From Lama glama (lineage: Eukaryota): a stretch of DNA of 64,000 nt. A program made the position numbers and the translations under genes. Below, one piece after another: positions 52,443 to 64,000 of this stretch. Within the stretch, counting starts at the first letter, position 1; the number at the start of each line of letters is the position of its first letter. The stretch lies in the NCBI GenBank assembly GCA_028534125.1, contig CM052816.1:86368001-86432000 (forward strand), read 5' to 3'. The notes under the pieces are model-generated. The model worked only from the letters and a program-made list of their open reading frames with translations. It searched no databases and was not told the origin of the DNA.

Positions 52443-53761
52443 TCCTCAACCTCCTTAGTTTGCCAGAGCCTTTTACATTTTCCTTAACAGCTCAGTCCTT
52501 ACTTTACTGCTTTCTGGGTTCTTGCTTCTGAATATGCTCTCAACTATAATCATGTTTCTTTTCTTTGGAATTGCTGTCAGAATTTGCTTTTCCTAACTTG
52601 GATTTCTTTCAAAACCTGCTCTCCTATTCATATTCTGTCTAATCCTTAAAGCATATATTTGACTCCAGTCTCTTGATCATTCTTTTCTGTAGACTTGTGG
52701 GCTCCACGCACCCACCATAAATGAATTATTTATTCATCCTTTGAACAAATATCTAGAAGACCTTCTACCACTCAGGTACTATGCTGGTGCTAAGCATAGT
52801 GGTGAAAATATAATTTCTCTGCTCACAAAGTGTCTACCTTTAAAAGAAGGAGAAAGTAATAAATAAGGATAACAGGAAGTTATGAGACTCTTTTTGTCTT
52901 AAATACAACAGAGGCCCCCAAAGTCAAGAACAAAACAGTAAGTGTGAAATATTCCCATGTTCGATTTCTGCAGTATTTGTAAGTAAGGTGGAAATGAAAT
53001 AGTTTTGGGATTTGTGTTACATGGATCTGTGTTATTAAATGTTGGGACTGGAGAGTCAAGGTATATACTTTTATTTTTTATTTATTAGTTTATTTCTTTG
53101 GAAGAGGTTTTTGATGTGCAATACTTTATAATGAAGTAAGCATTGGAAAGTTCTAGAAGAGACATCTCCCAGAAACTGAAAAAATGTTATTCATAAGAGA
53201 ATAATGCAACATTAAACATTAACGAAGTCTGGAAATACCAGTTGTGCCCACCGTATTAGATCGTATGTGTTTTGCCCTTAAAAATTTGGATACAATCAAG
53301 TCAAACCTGGTTGCAGTACAGGAAGGAGTAGTTAGAACCAGGATGGAGAGAAGACGCTGTCTTCTTAGGGGGAAGCAGATCTCAAGTGAGCACGTGGAAG
53401 AACTTTATATTATATGAGAGTTCCGAGAGTTGGAAACACTCTCCTGAATATTTTAAAAACTATAATGCTGAGACTAAAAACTCCCAGGTGACTTTTTTTT
53501 TATACAAACATGATAAAGAGAACCTACATAAAACACACACACAGACACATTTAGCTGTTCAATACACATAGACCTGCTTTAGTGGTGCGATGGGAGCAGG
53601 CAGGCTCTTGGTATACAATTGTTTTCTATTCGAACCCTATTAATGACAACTATAAAAGCTTTGGGCACAAAACAAATTAATATGTTAGATGATTTTAGTT
53701 AGAAAAAGTCCCGGAAGAAAATAAATCAGGATGATTTGATAGACATTGGCAGAAAATCTTT

Positions 53762-53910
53762 CCTAATGTTTTTAAATTTTTTTTTTTAGTTCGTTTTTAT
53801 GGGGAGGTTATTAGGTTTATTTATTTATTTTTAATGGAGGTCCTGGGGATTGAACCTAGGACTTAATGCATGCTAGGCATGCACTCTACCACTGAGCTAT
53901 ACCTTGCCCC
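53762..53910 (-). mobile_element. tRNA-derived SINE, camelid Vic-1-like
   Basis: Minus strand reads GGGGCAAGGTATAGCTCAGTGGTAGAGTGC...GGTTCAATCCCCAGGACCTCC...AAATAAACCTAATAACCTCCCC plus an A-rich tail. TSD-like AGAAAATC(T/C)TT at 53751-53761 and 53913-53923. Confidence 0.88.
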
Positions 53911-56900
53911 TGAGAAAATCCTTTAGATTTAATGATTATAAAGACCTTCCTGATGAGGAGACGTTTGGACTTTTTGGATGAATATAGACATATTTTTCTG
54001 ATAACAACTACACAAAAAAGGTGAACCTAATTTAGAGTTTATAAAGATTTTTCATACAAATTCTCAAGCAAGAGGTAATAAAAGCGTTTTTATATAGAGT
54101 TATGTCCTACCAGAACTCTGATGATATTTTCCAGGGAGACCACCTCTTGGTTATTAACTCTCAAAATGCATACAACATCTATGTCTCTCAATATTTCCAT
54201 CAGAAGTTATATAGAAAAACATATGCTTACATCCTCAAAGCTCGCTCTAACACTTGAACAAAGCAGTATTTAAGATCCTGAGTTGCAGACCAGGTACACT
54301 TGAAGCTTTGAAACCATCTATAGATAGTTTAATAACAGAGGCTTTCAAAAAGAATGTGCATCTAAGATTTTGTAAGCACTCTGGGAAGCCATGCTAATTT
54401 CACATTAACCTTTAAATGATCAGGTAACACTGGCTTAAACACTGTATATACTGACATTACAGCATGTTATTCGTATTTAGAGATTTTACTGTGTTTTAGT
54501 TACTTTTATAGTAAACTGGTTTTGAATATGGGTTTAATGTGTAAGCATTATATTTATTTCCCATTTAAAATAATGGGAATAGACTCCTTGTTAGCATTTT
54601 AAGCAAAATGTTAAATGTTGAATATTTGGAAAAAAAAGATATGGGACCCCCTTATATATAAATAACAGCCACAATTACTCTTTTACTTAAAAGTCCTTAC
54701 TAGTAGTAGTGATAAGGTATGTTTAATAAACTCTTCTATGAAGTTATTTATATAACATGATATCAAATATCAAGATTATTCGTGTATAAATGTGAGAAGA
54801 TCACTTTACAACCATCCCAAAACAATACACTCACAGCACTTACACGCATGTACACACTCCATTCCCCTCACTGTACTACAGTGACTTGTGGGCACTCCCC
54901 CCTCCCACTCTTCTTTTTTACCCCTTGAATTAGTAACCCAGAGATTCAATGTTTTCATCTTTTCTTTCTCACCACTGTCTTATTTCTGTATATGCCTCTC
55001 TTGTATTCACCATTTTATAACCCCCTCATGCAGAAGCTTCTTTTATCTCTTTTTCTAGTTGCTTCAGTTTTTCACATAACATCTTTTAAAATCTACCTCC
55101 CTAGGTTATGTCCCTTGAATTTATTTTTATTGCAGTATGTTTCTGATAAGAGATAATTATGGATTTATTTTCTAAAAATATTATTTCTTTGGTTTTAGGC
55201 CAATGAATTTATAAGGACTAGTAATAATTGGTAGTAGATGGCAGGACTTTGATCATAATAATAGACTACTAATAATAAAAAGTAACTCAAAGAATTTTTC
55301 TATGCCAAATAAACTTCTAAAAACTTTATCTCTTATTTAAAAATAATAACATTCAAATAAAAATTTTAAATCTACCATTTAACCTATTATTTTTAAAATA
55401 TAGAACTTTTAAGAAATATAATCTTAGAATGAAGATTATGTGAAAATTAAGACTGTTGGCAAAAGCTGGGGAGAAATCTCTGTGAATGAAAAATAACTTG
55501 ATACCTCACATTAATTTGCTCTTCAAAAAGCATCTCGGTATAATTCATCAGTTACAGGTGCGCATGTAATGGCCATGAAGCGTGGGGAATTATTATTATG
55601 GTATTATGAATTTCTACCGAAGCCCTCTCATTTTCTTTCTTGGAGACAATATACAATTATATATTCAATTAAATATCATCCCCATTGTTCTGAAGAATAA
55701 TGTTCCTTTCCAGAAAGAAAATGAAAAAGTGAGCTGTATGCTATTGTGTTTGCAAGGCAGTGACTCATACTTAGAAAACGTTCATATATTCAAATTCTCA
55801 GTTGCTTCTTATGAAAGCGTGAATAGAAAAGGAGGGAGCACTTTAATAAATTTTCTCAAGTGAATTCTTAAATATTATAAATCATAATATAGTTAAACTT
55901 CTGTATTCATTTTATTGAAGAATATTATTTAATCTTAAATTTTTATTATCATCATTTTTATTATTGTGTTGGTAACTGGGTGGCTGCATTTCATAGCTCC
56001 TGTTAATTGTAATTAAAAGTTAAAATAAAGAACAGCATGGAAGCTTCCAGGTAGATGACTAAGTTTAGAAAAGGGCACAGTAATTTTGTTGGGATATAAT
56101 ATAGAAACCTTTGGTTCTCTCCCAAGTACCTTAATTCTAAGGAGACAATACTTAACAATAGGCAAAGCACTTTATGCAAATATCAGATCCTCTCTTTAGT
56201 AAAATTCTTTTACCAACCCCACTTTTAAAACTGTACCTGATACATTTATAGATTACATTAAACTATTAAATATAGAATTTTAAATGAAGATGTTAAATCT
56301 CAGCCCAGGATTAATGTTCTTCTACCAAGTAAGAAACTGAGCTGTGAGAATATGTGCTAATATAGCCATTTTTATAAAGGAACATTTTGCATTTTGGCTG
56401 ATGTTTGGCTTAAATTCTGCCAGTGACCTTCTCTGTTCTGTGTTGTGTCTTCCAAATAGCCCACAAGAACTCCAAGACCACTGAAGTTTTCAGTTTTCCT
56501 TGATACCTATGCTGTCACTGTGTACAAACCAGCATCATAAGCTTAGCCCCAAATCTAGTTTGTGTGAGTTTGGTTATCGTGAATTCAGCAGATCAGAGGG
56601 ATTGAGCTGTGAATTATGAATGGATCGAGTGCATGAATTTATGATATTTGAGCTTCTGAAGGGAAATAATAAAGAGATAAAGCAAAGATCAAAGACATGA
56701 GCTTTGATGATAAGTCAAGTAGCACAGAGTACAAGTAGAGAGCATCCAAGGAGAAACAGAGAAGGGAGGAGAGGGGAAGCGTAGGACTATGATGGAGGCC
56801 AACAAGAAACAGACTCCAAAGAATCGATGACTAATCGTGCTGAGTGATGTAAACTCATCAAGGAGAGAGGTGTAGCAATTTGGAGATCAGTGGGGACCAA

Positions 56901-57359
56901 GGACAGAGCCATTCCAATTATCTGAAGTAAATGGAAGTCAGATAGCTTTGGTTTAGCCTGGAAGGAAGTAACGCATCAGTTTCTCATAGGCATATTATCA
57001 GTAAGATAAAACAAGTGAAGAGACGTAGCTTGAAATGATGAATAGTAATAGGATATTGTGATACGAACAGAAAGAGAGGATGTGAATGGATACAATTTTG
57101 TTAAAAATTAGAATTAAAAATATCTCTATTAAACTAACAGCCAGCATCACACACAATCACTAACCAGAAAAGGTATTCTCATTTAAATCATCAACAGGAG
57201 CAATACAATTTAAAAAAAAAAAAAACACCCTTTTCACCACTAACATTTGACACACTTCTGGAAGCAAAATAACAGTGTAAAAAAAAATCACATCTAGTTT
57301 CATGTGAGAATCAAATGAGATATATAATATTTTGAAACATCCTGACATATCCTTGATAA

Positions 57360-57575
57360 TGATACTTCTAAAATTTATTTCATTATTACTTAATAGTCCA
57401 ACAATCTCATAAGGTAGTTTTTTTAAAAAAAATTATCCCTCATTTACAAGTAAGGAAGATATGTCCTTATTGTCTAAATAAATTGTCTAAGGACACCAAT
57501 CAAAGTAGAGATGGGATTCTAACTTAAAAAGATAATTCCAGAGTACTGTATACTAACTAATGTTACACCTCACTG
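57360..57575 (-). mobile_element. MIR SINE (degenerate)
   Basis: ACAATCTCATAAGGTAG...ATTATCCCTCATTTACAAGTAAGGAA...AGTAGAGATGGGATT. Confidence 0.55.
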
Positions 57576-57899
57576 CACCATTATTAATAAATAATAATAA
57601 TAATATCATGTCTGTTACCCCAGCAGAGGCAATCATACTCTTGTTTAAGCAGTACAGTAATGAATATGTTAGCTGACTTCCTTTTCTGAAATGATATCAA
57701 TATAAAGCTAAAATTGTATAGGTAACAGGGATATTTCTACTACTTCGTAGTGATGTCAAACTTATTTTTGTAGCTGTTACATGCATATTACTTGATTTGT
57801 ATATGAAATTAATGACACATGCACTTAGTATAAAATTTAAAAGGTAAAGTAGGTTGTATAGTTCAGACTAGGACTCCTGACGGGATACTTAGGCATCCA

Positions 57900-59420
57900 G
57901 AGTTCTCCTAAGACACAACTGCATTTACCAGTTTTCTTTCATTTTGTTTCTGATTTTTGTATATATGCCAAGAGATATTCTAGAATTATTTAAACAAGTA
58001 TCTGTGATTTGGTTTTTACATAAATGGTGGTGTAATTTAGGCTATGGTATAAAACGTGGTTTGTTTATTTTTACTTAAAAATGTAACTTGAGGACATATT
58101 CCATTTCAGGACCTAAAGATATGCTTCATTGTTTAAAAATGTTTAGTAGCTGCATGGCATTCTTTCCAGTGGATATGTCATAATTTGCTTTGTCACTTTC
58201 ATTTCGAAAGGCATTTAGTTGTTTTTAAAAATTATTTAGTAATTTAATAACATGACATTTTATTTCACATCGTGCTGGTATATCTTTAGGAATATGACTG
58301 GAAGGGAAATGCTGATGCGAAGTCTGGAGAAATTTAAAGTTTTCATAGGTATTACTAAATTGCTCTCCATTGATGTTGTTTGAGTTTGTCCTGCCAAACA
58401 GCAAGGAATGAAAGTAACTGTCTCCATAATTGTATCAAATCTCTGTATGATCATCATTTAACATTTTTTAATCCTGTAAATGAAAGCATATTTCTCTTAT
58501 AAGGGAGAATGCGTGTTTCTTCATGTATTTAAAACATTTTTCATTTCTCTAAGTGTTCATATCTTTCACCAATTTTTCTATTAATAAGGTAGTCTTTTTT
58601 TGATCCATGAGTTTTCCTGCTTAATCGACCTTTAATTCTTTTTTCATTTTCAAATGTAATACACGTTGAAAGTTGAATAAAACACATGTATACTCTTTAA
58701 TGAATAAATAAGTCAAGTGGAATGACCTCAACCTGGGTCAAGAAATGGAAAATCGGTAACCCCTAAGGAACTCTCTCTGTGGGTCTAATAGCAATACCAC
58801 CATTTCTCCTTTCTAGAGGTGACAGTCAGCTTCATTTTGGGTTAATAATGCCTTGCTTTTCTTTATAGTTTGAACATCTATGTAGCCAGTTAGAAATGAC
58901 ATACTAGAGTTCGAAATAGTTCATATATTCTTTTATGTCTTATTTCGCTCAAGTAGGTTTATGGAATTAAATCATGTTGTGCAGAGGGTCTCTGTATATG
59001 CATATGTTTGGATTTAGTTATACATTCTATCAATAACAGATATATGATATTTTCTTTTCCTCTAACTTTGGCTATTACTGTCAATGCTTCCACAAACATT
59101 TCTGTACATGCACCCTGATGCACATGTACATTGAATAACTTCCGAGTATATAATTAGGAGTAAAATTGCAGATCTGTAGTGTGTGCCTCACTTTACGTTT
59201 TCCAAATATTGCCATTTTACTTTCCTAAGTTTTAACTACTACGAACTCCCACTGGCAGTATAGGAGAGTTCCTTTCATTCTGCGTTGAGACCTAAGTTTG
59301 TTATTTCTGGAAATTTTATTTTTTCAAATCTGGTGATTTAATTTGCATTTTCCTAAATAATAATGAGCTTTCATTTCTGTGAACAAGGTTTTCAAGTGTT
59401 TTATTGATTGTTTCTTTAGG
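57900..59420 (-). mobile_element. Old L1 (L1ME-like) fragments
   Basis: ATAAATGG...TAGCTGCATGGCATTC...GGCATTTAGTTGTTT...CAAATTGCTCTCC-like; TATAATTAGGAGTAAAATTGC; ACTCCCACTGGCAGTATAGGAGAGTTCC; TTTAATTTGCATTTTCC. Confidence 0.65.
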
Positions 59421-59509
59421 TCATCCACTCTGATCTTATTGGTTGCTTCATTCCCAAACCCGCAGTAGGTGTGGAGCATGTGTTATTTTTCAAGCACTCT
59501 ATCTCTAGG

Positions 59510-60400
59510 GTCCCAGGTCACATCCTTGAATAAAAGACAACACATCCTGGGTCATGAAGCTCAAAATGTTTAGTAGGAAATTAAAAATAAACATAACAAA
59601 TAGATCACTCTTATGGTATGTAAAATGATGAAGAGTGCTCTCAGAAAAGAAGAGATAAAGAAAGGTGAGGAATATTGAACGATGGAGCAGAGCAGTGGTG
59701 GTGGTCAACACTTCCTCACTTAGAAGTGATATTTGAGCAAAGGATTTCAAGGAAGTGAAAGTGGAATTTTTTTTTTTTTTGCTTGAAGAAGAAATGGTTA
59801 CTTCAGACACTCTAAATGAAAAATGCTGTTTTGAGATTATACAAGTTCAGTAAGGAATTCTAAACTAGGACCTCTTAAAAGTCATCAGCATATAGATGGT
59901 ATTTAAAGTCATGGGACTGTAAGATATCGAGAAAGTGAGTGTAGTAAGAAAAGTGGAAACAGGGCTGTTTTCAGGGACAAACCCACGTTGAGACATATGT
60001 GTTAGGTGGAGGAGGATGTGGGAAGGAGGAAGAAAAGCCAACAGATGCAGCTGAGAATGAATATTCCTTGAGGTGCCAGGAAAACTAAGAGCTGGGGGTG
60101 TCTTAGAAGACAGATGAAGAAAATGTTTGGAGAAGAAAGTGTATTAACTGAGTCAAAAGCTGTTGAGGCAAGTATGTAGAGAGTTTCGACTTGACTACTG
60201 ACTTTAGTTTCATGGAGATTCTAGGTGAACTTGATGTTTATGTGATATGATGGGTCCAGAATTCTTTCTGCAGTGAATTTAATAGGGATGGAGAGAGAGA
60301 AATTGGAGCAAGTACACGCAGTCTTGCTGCAGAAAGGAGCAAATGTTTGTAGCACTGTCTGATGAGGAGAGTGGGAGTGGGATCAAGGAAAAAATACATT
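59510..60400 (-). mobile_element. L2 LINE fragments
   Basis: GAAGTGATATTTGAGCAAAGG; GTCATCAGCATATAGATGGTATTTAAAGTCATGGGACTG; GTCAAAAGCTGTTGAG. Confidence 0.75.
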
Positions 60401-61164
60401 TTTTTCTTGTCTTTCTGCATTGGTAAAAATGCCAATAGAATACTGAATAGATGACATGAGAGGGAGCCGCTTTATTTTGTTCTTAATTTTTAAAAAATGT
60501 TCAACATTTTATCATTAATTGTGAGGTTGTTTTTAAAGATATTTTTTTCAGATGAAAGGATTTCCTTTTAATCCTAGTGTGCTATGTTTTAAAATCATAA
60601 ATGAATATGAAATATTGTCAAATACATGTATTTATCTATTAAACTGTTTATTTTCCCTTTAATATGTTAATGTAAGGGTTTACCTTAAATGATTTTTCTT
60701 ATTTGAACTAAACTTGCAAGTTTGGAAAAAGTCCACATTGGTAAATGATATATTACCAAATTCCATTTGCTCTTTTTGTTTAAAATTTCTACTTTATAAA
60801 ATCATTCCTTTTAATGCAAGGTATCACTAAGTAAAATTACTTTTTTTAACTGTTCCTCCTCTACTTAGATATCAAAGTTATGACAGCCACATAAGATGAG
60901 ATATGAAATATTAGCACTTTTATTACCTTATAAAACTTGTGTGTGCAGTTGAATTATTGATTTCATTAATGTCTGGAATTCTTTAAAAATATCTTCTGAT
61001 ACAACAGTTTTATTATGGGAAAATTTGGGTTATTGACTTCCTTTAATGGTTACAGGGCTACCTTTCCTTCTTGACTCAGTTTTCATAAATTGCATTTTGG
61101 CATTTATTACATATTTTTTGAAAGAACCAATAATGCATAAAAGAGTCCCAATGAGATTTTTTAA

Positions 61165-62090
61165 AAACTATTTTATTTTAGAATCATTTTAGTTTTGCAG
61201 AAGAGTTACAAAGAGTTTCTGGTCACCCCATCCCCAGTTTCCCCTATTGTTAACATTTTAAATTATTACAGTACATTTGTTGCAAATTATGAGCTATAGG
61301 CATACATTACTATTAACTAAACTCGATAGTTTATTAGGATTTTATTATATCTTCTTTAATGACTATCTCTTCTGGGAAACCCCATGGCATTTAGCCTTCA
61401 TGTATTTTTAGACTTCTCTGTGCTGTACAAGTTTCTCAAGTTCCTTTTGTTTTGATGACTTTGACATTTTTAATGTTTACTGATCAGGTATTTTGTAGAT
61501 TGTTTCTCAGTTGGTTTTCCTGATAATTTTCTCTTGGATAGACTGTGGTTCTGGGTTCTGGGGAGGAAGGCTGCAGAGGTGAGGTGCATTTTCAACATCG
61601 TATCATACACTGGGCACATGGTCTCAGTGTTACTCATCACTGATGATGTTAACTTGATTTGATACCTGGGTCAGGGCTCCATGTAGCATCACTTTCCATC
61701 CCGTACTCTTGGGAAACTAGTCACTCAGCACAGCCAACACTTCAGGAACAGGTGATTATGTTACAACTCCTTTAAGGCTAGAATTTACAAAATTACTTGA
61801 AATTCTTCTATATGGAGATTTGTCTCTTCTCCCCTGTTTAGTAGTTATTTATATTTATGTAGCTACATGGAGATATATGTATTTATTTATATACACATAT
61901 ATATGTCATCTATATATTTATATTGTGTGACAATCTAATACTACTTGGTTTAATTTGTTGCTCAAATTCATTAAGCTTTGACCACTGGGAGCTCTATCAG
62001 ATTGGCTGTTGTGTTCCTTTGACATACGCACCATTTTGTTTTCTGAGTACCCTTTTATTTTCTGGCACTATAAAATATTTTCTGTTCATC
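61165..62090 (-). mobile_element. L1MC-like 3'UTR fragment
   Basis: CCCAGTTTCCCCTATTGTTAACATTTTA...ACATTACTATTAACTAAACTC...GGGGAGGAAGGCTGCAGAGGTGAGGTGC...GACCACTGGGAGCTCT. Confidence 0.82.
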
Positions 62091-63571
62091 TCCTGTTGGG
62101 ACAGTAGTTCGTATCCAACACTAAGACAAGACATCGCTCAAAGAGGACTTTTTTTAAAAATAGAAAAGCAGTGAGGATATTTAACCTTCCAAAGTTTAAA
62201 TCAAATCAAATAATTCGGGAAGGCATACAGCTCTGAGTTTAAACAAAAAGAAAAAAAGAAAGAAACAGTGCAAGAAGAGGTATTTTAAAAGGTAATATAA
62301 ACAGTTGTGAAAATTAAATACAAAACACATCAGGAATAACTCAGTAATAGAGAAGTTATCCTCACTTTAACTGCTGTTGGAATTACTAGATATCCATATA
62401 TGGAATTTAAATTCAAATTATACCTGATATAATTGAAAAAAACTCATCACAAAGAATCCTGTAAATTGTTATTAGAAATGAGAGAAATAAGTATCTTAAA
62501 AATAAAGTTACAGAAATAAATAAAAATGTCACTAGCAGATTAATAAGAAACAGGCATGCATGAATGATATCTATAGTTTGATTCAAATTATAGTAATTTC
62601 AAACAAATATAAGAAATTGTAAGTTTTTATGGCTTTGATTTGATAACTCAGGTCTGCAAAATTTAGAAATTATTAATTCCAAATAAAAAATAACATTTAC
62701 AGACATACTGTTTATAAAACTACAAATTTAAACCTATCCAAACTTCTGATAACAGGATAATAGCTAAGCAATTAAGATATCTGAACACAATGTAAAATTT
62801 GCATGGATCTTAAAATAACAAACAGACTATGAAAGTACATGGAAATGTGACTGAGAAAAAACCATTTTTGTTACTGAAAAAAATGTTACATATAGAAAGC
62901 ATGTACTATTTAAAATTTAGTGACTGTATATGTGTGCTTATTCACAATCATTTATTCAGTCATTCAGTAAAAACTTACATTGCTGGAGCATCATTCATGT
63001 GTTAGATGCTGAAGATGTAGCTTGTAGTTCTGGCCTTCCTAAAACTTACATTGTGACAAAAAGCCCAAAACATTGAAAACAATGCAAAATATGCATATAA
63101 ATATAAATACAAAGTCAAATATTCATTAGGTGAACTTTTAGCCAAACTGTCTTAAATTAACTCCTAGAAATGGAAGCAAGAGTCTGTTCCAAAATTTCAG
63201 AGTGAGGGTGCCAGAGGTACGCTGAGGTGAAGCTAACCTTGTCTCAGATCAGTATGAGTGGCTGTCAAACCTCTTTACCTGAAACAGTGTCTTCTTTTAC
63301 AATTAGTCTTGGTTCGGGTAGAGAGACTTTCCTGGTGAAACTTCAAGGTGATTAACTTCACTGCTTAAATATACGGTGGTATTTAGACTATTTACATTAA
63401 GATGATTATGGATATGTTTAGGTTTGACTCTATCATCTTGCTATTTATTTTCTATTTCTGTCACCTGCTTTTGTTGCCCTTTTTTCTTTTTTCCTACTTT
63501 ATTTGAACTAATTGGATTTTTAATAAGCTTGTATCATTTTTTGTTTTTGCTTATAAGTTGTAACTCTTCAT

Positions 63572-63572
63572 T

Positions 63573-63615
<43 letters not shown>

Positions 63616-63616
63616 T
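63572..63616. repeat. (TTTA)n microsatellite
   Basis: About 11 perfect TTTA units. Confidence 0.95.
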
Positions 63617-63751
63617 AGTAAAAGTAGACTTATTAACTACTTTTTACTAGACTTCACCCTTTACAAGACAAGGGGGTGGGCAGCGGTTAAAGTAAAGAGA
63701 TACACGCTCCATAGACAGAGTGCGGGCCATCTCAGAAGGCAAGAGACAGCA
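63575..63751 (-). mobile_element. Retroposed LTR-derived fragment with (TAAA)n tail and TSD
   Basis: Minus strand reads TGCTGTCTCTTGCCTTCTGAGATGGCCCGCACTCTGTCTATGGAGCGTGTATCTC...AATAAGTCTACTTTTACTA, then (TAAA)n. CTTCATTTT occurs on both sides (63566-63574, 63752-63760). Confidence 0.65.
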
Positions 63752-63866
63752 CTTCATTTTGTTTTCTTCGCAGAGGAATTGGGCTGGTGTGGGCTCAATC
63801 CAGAAGCCTTTGTAGCTCATGATCTAAAGAGAATTTGCATATTTTTTAAGGCTGGATTTAAGAATA

Positions 63867-63875
63867 AGAAAGAAA

Positions 63876-63952
<77 letters not shown>

Positions 63953-64000
63953 GAAGGAAGGAAGGAAGGAAGGAAGGAAGGAAGGAAGGAAGGAAGGAAG
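63867..64000. repeat. Compound (GAAA)n(GGAA)n microsatellite, runs off the window end
   Basis: Pure purine tract: GAAA units to about 63951, then GGAA units to 64000. Confidence 0.97.

Noticed and set aside
1..64000. Novel multi-gene biological system
   Set aside because: Only one coding exon is supportable; all else is explained by introns, known repeat classes and candidate cis-elements.

Overview
AT-rich mammalian genomic DNA, most likely from a camelid (camel/alpaca/llama), judged from tRNA-derived SINEs resembling the Vic-1 family. The window covers the 5' part of the type II classical cadherin gene CDH10 on the + strand. The only supportable coding segment is the first coding exon (exon 47404-47759, CDS 47529-47759: signal peptide, prodomain, RQKR convertase site and the GWMWN start of EC1). 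A candidate promoter/non-coding first exon lies at about 4.3-5.1 kb. The rest is intronic or upstream sequence filled with decayed repeats: MIR, L2, CR1/L3, L1, MaLR/ERV LTRs, hAT and Tc2 MITEs, SINEs and microsatellites. I found no evidence for a novel multi-gene system. The best leads are smaller: a possible 8-nt 5'UTR microexon feeding an in-frame uORF, a CpG-dense NRF1 plus ETS/CRE element in the intron, an LTR fragment retroposed with a poly(A)-derived tail, an internally deleted 46-bp mini-SINE with a TSD, and a recent 3x55-bp tandem triplication. Repeat family names come from recognising consensus-like sequence by eye, not from a database search, and repeat boundaries are approximate.
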